Below are positions 62,001-64,000 of a stretch of DNA of 64,000 nt, in pieces; within the stretch, counting starts at the first letter, position 1, and the number at the start of each line of letters is the position of its first letter. Source of the stretch: the human T2T-CHM13v2.0 reference genome, Homo sapiens; assembly GCF_009914755.1 (NCBI RefSeq), contig NC_060934.1; one strand, written 5' to 3'. The notes under the pieces were generated by a model. The model saw nothing but the letters and a program-made list of their open reading frames with translations. It did not search any database and was not told the DNA's origin. The translations under genes and the position numbers were made by a program.

Positions 62001-63104
62001 ACAGGTACTTACATATTTACCCGGCATAATCTCCAGGATTCCACCCACAACCTAACAGATCCTAACTCTCTGGCAGAGTGAGAAAATCTGCTAATATCTA
62101 ACAGAAGTCTAAATGAACCCTTTCAGATACATGCAGCTTGTTACATATTCAGAAAGTTAAGTTCTCTGAAACTTTTACCAGTTACAAGATGTTTCAGCTT
62201 ATCACACTAGCAGCATAGTTAAGGGCAAACCAGAGCAGCTACAGAATATTAATGAATATGTTTTCAGACAGAACACTATACTACTCACCGCTGTAAGCCA
62301 TAACTTACTTATCAAGAAGCCAAACAATAAAAGCATTACAATCAGTGGCAAGCACGCTTAGGAAAACTGGCACCATGTTAAGTTGTTTGACCACTTTTCA
62401 TTATTATAATATGACCAGATGTCCCCAGTGTCACTCCCAGAGTTAGGAAGAACACCAATGTAGAGCTACATTTTCATTCGTGATGGTAATTCGGGGCTGA
62501 TTTAAATTAAATTATACTGACCAGAAAGCTGCCTAATTGTTAAAATTACTAAATCCAGTGACTTTCAGAATTGCTGATTCCATGCTTCTCATGTGCAGAA
62601 TGTTGAGGGTATTAAAAAATAACTTTAATATAGAACTTTACATTAAGAAAATCACAAACACTTAAAATTGTAGGTTTAGGTCTGAAGTCAACACAGACGA
62701 GTTAAACAATCTATTTGCTTCCTGTTTACAGAATTAAAGTATTAACCACATTCTTTGTCCTTTTAACTAGCATTCTAATAACATCTTCCACCTTCATACT
62801 CAATTTTGGGATAAGTAAAATGACTTTCTCCCCAAATGCCTGTAATGAAAATACCAATGTTTTTTATTTAACACTTCACCATCTTCAGTCACTTATATAA
62901 TATTGATCAATGAGTCAACATTATTTAAAAATATGAGAATTATAGTGAGACTCTAAGTCCTAACCCCTCTGGGCCTTGATGTCCACAAATGAACAGGTAA
63001 CTGCCAACTGAAGTTCCTTAATCATTTCTAAAATTGGTCTACTGTATAACCTATCGTAAAGGACGTATGTGGTTTAAGAAAGATGTCTAATCTAAATTCC
63101 TCTA

Positions 63105-63455
<351 letters not shown>

Positions 63456-63669
63456 ATAACCTAGTAATTCTACCCACCTAAGTTAACCATGTGGCATGTT
63501 GGCCCAAAGAAACCTTACCAATGATGTTACCAATTATCTTCCGAGATATTTTTAACATCTTTTTACTATAAAAGAAGGGCTGAAAAGGAGTCAATACTCA
63601 TTGAGCATCTACTCTCAAGCTAAGTTTTTTACATTTTGCATTTGATTTTCAGAACTATAGTTAGGAAGG

Positions 63670-63965
63670 TTACTTGTGGTTTAAACGCGGACTCTGGAAC
63701 TAGACCCCATGCCTTCTCCAGGAGCTCCTGATGACCACAGGCAACTTACTTTTGCTCCCTGTGCCTCAGTTTCTTCACTCGGAAAATGGGAATCGAAACA
63801 GTACCAATCTCATTAGAGCGGTTCCAGAATTAAATAATACATGTAAAATGCCTAGAGCTAAACTTGGCCCTCACTGTCATTATTATAAAAATGAATTATT
63901 AATGTAGATATTACTGTTCCTATTTCACAGATGAGGAAACGGAAGCTTAGAGAATGCAACTTACT
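63670..63965. mobile_element. Two MIR fragments in opposite orientation
   Basis: gtgcctcagtttcttcactcggaaaatggg and atttcacagatgaggaaacggaagcttagag. Confidence 0.7.
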
Positions 63966-64000
63966 AATGATCATACCAATGAGTGCAAAGTTTTGGACTC

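Overview
Human (hominoid) genomic DNA containing almost all of the integrin beta-1 gene ITGB1 on the minus strand. All 15 coding exons (exon 2 at 42219-42285 to exon 16 at 8294-8359) have GT/AG boundaries and join into a 2397-nt CDS (798 aa, beta1A). The alternative cytoplasmic tails are also visible: beta1B (intron read-through), beta1D (81-nt muscle exon) and beta1C/C-2 (116-nt Alu exon). The 3' UTR is about 1.25 kb and ends near 7042. No CpG-island promoter or non-coding exon 1 is seen, so they probably lie beyond the right edge. Introns and flanks hold a full-length decayed L1PA element about 50 nt from the exon 12 acceptor, a complete AK3 processed pseudogene with an 18-bp target-site duplication (TSD), a HERV-K LTR5 solo LTR, about 13 Alus, and MaLR, DNA-transposon, MIR, L2 and old L1 fragments. 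Three observations most deserve follow-up. (1) An H-box/hairpin/ACA module sits inside the ITGB1 3' UTR, and its predicted 3' end falls at the start of the first miR-124 site. (2) The L1 antisense promoter and ORF0 point at exon 12, with an ORF0 splice donor in frame with ITGB1 but blocked by one CpG-derived stop codon. (3) A patch in L1 ORF2 is built from two snippets copied from elsewhere in L1. These are hypotheses from reading the sequence; repeat subfamily names and comparisons to consensus sequences come from memory, not from a search.
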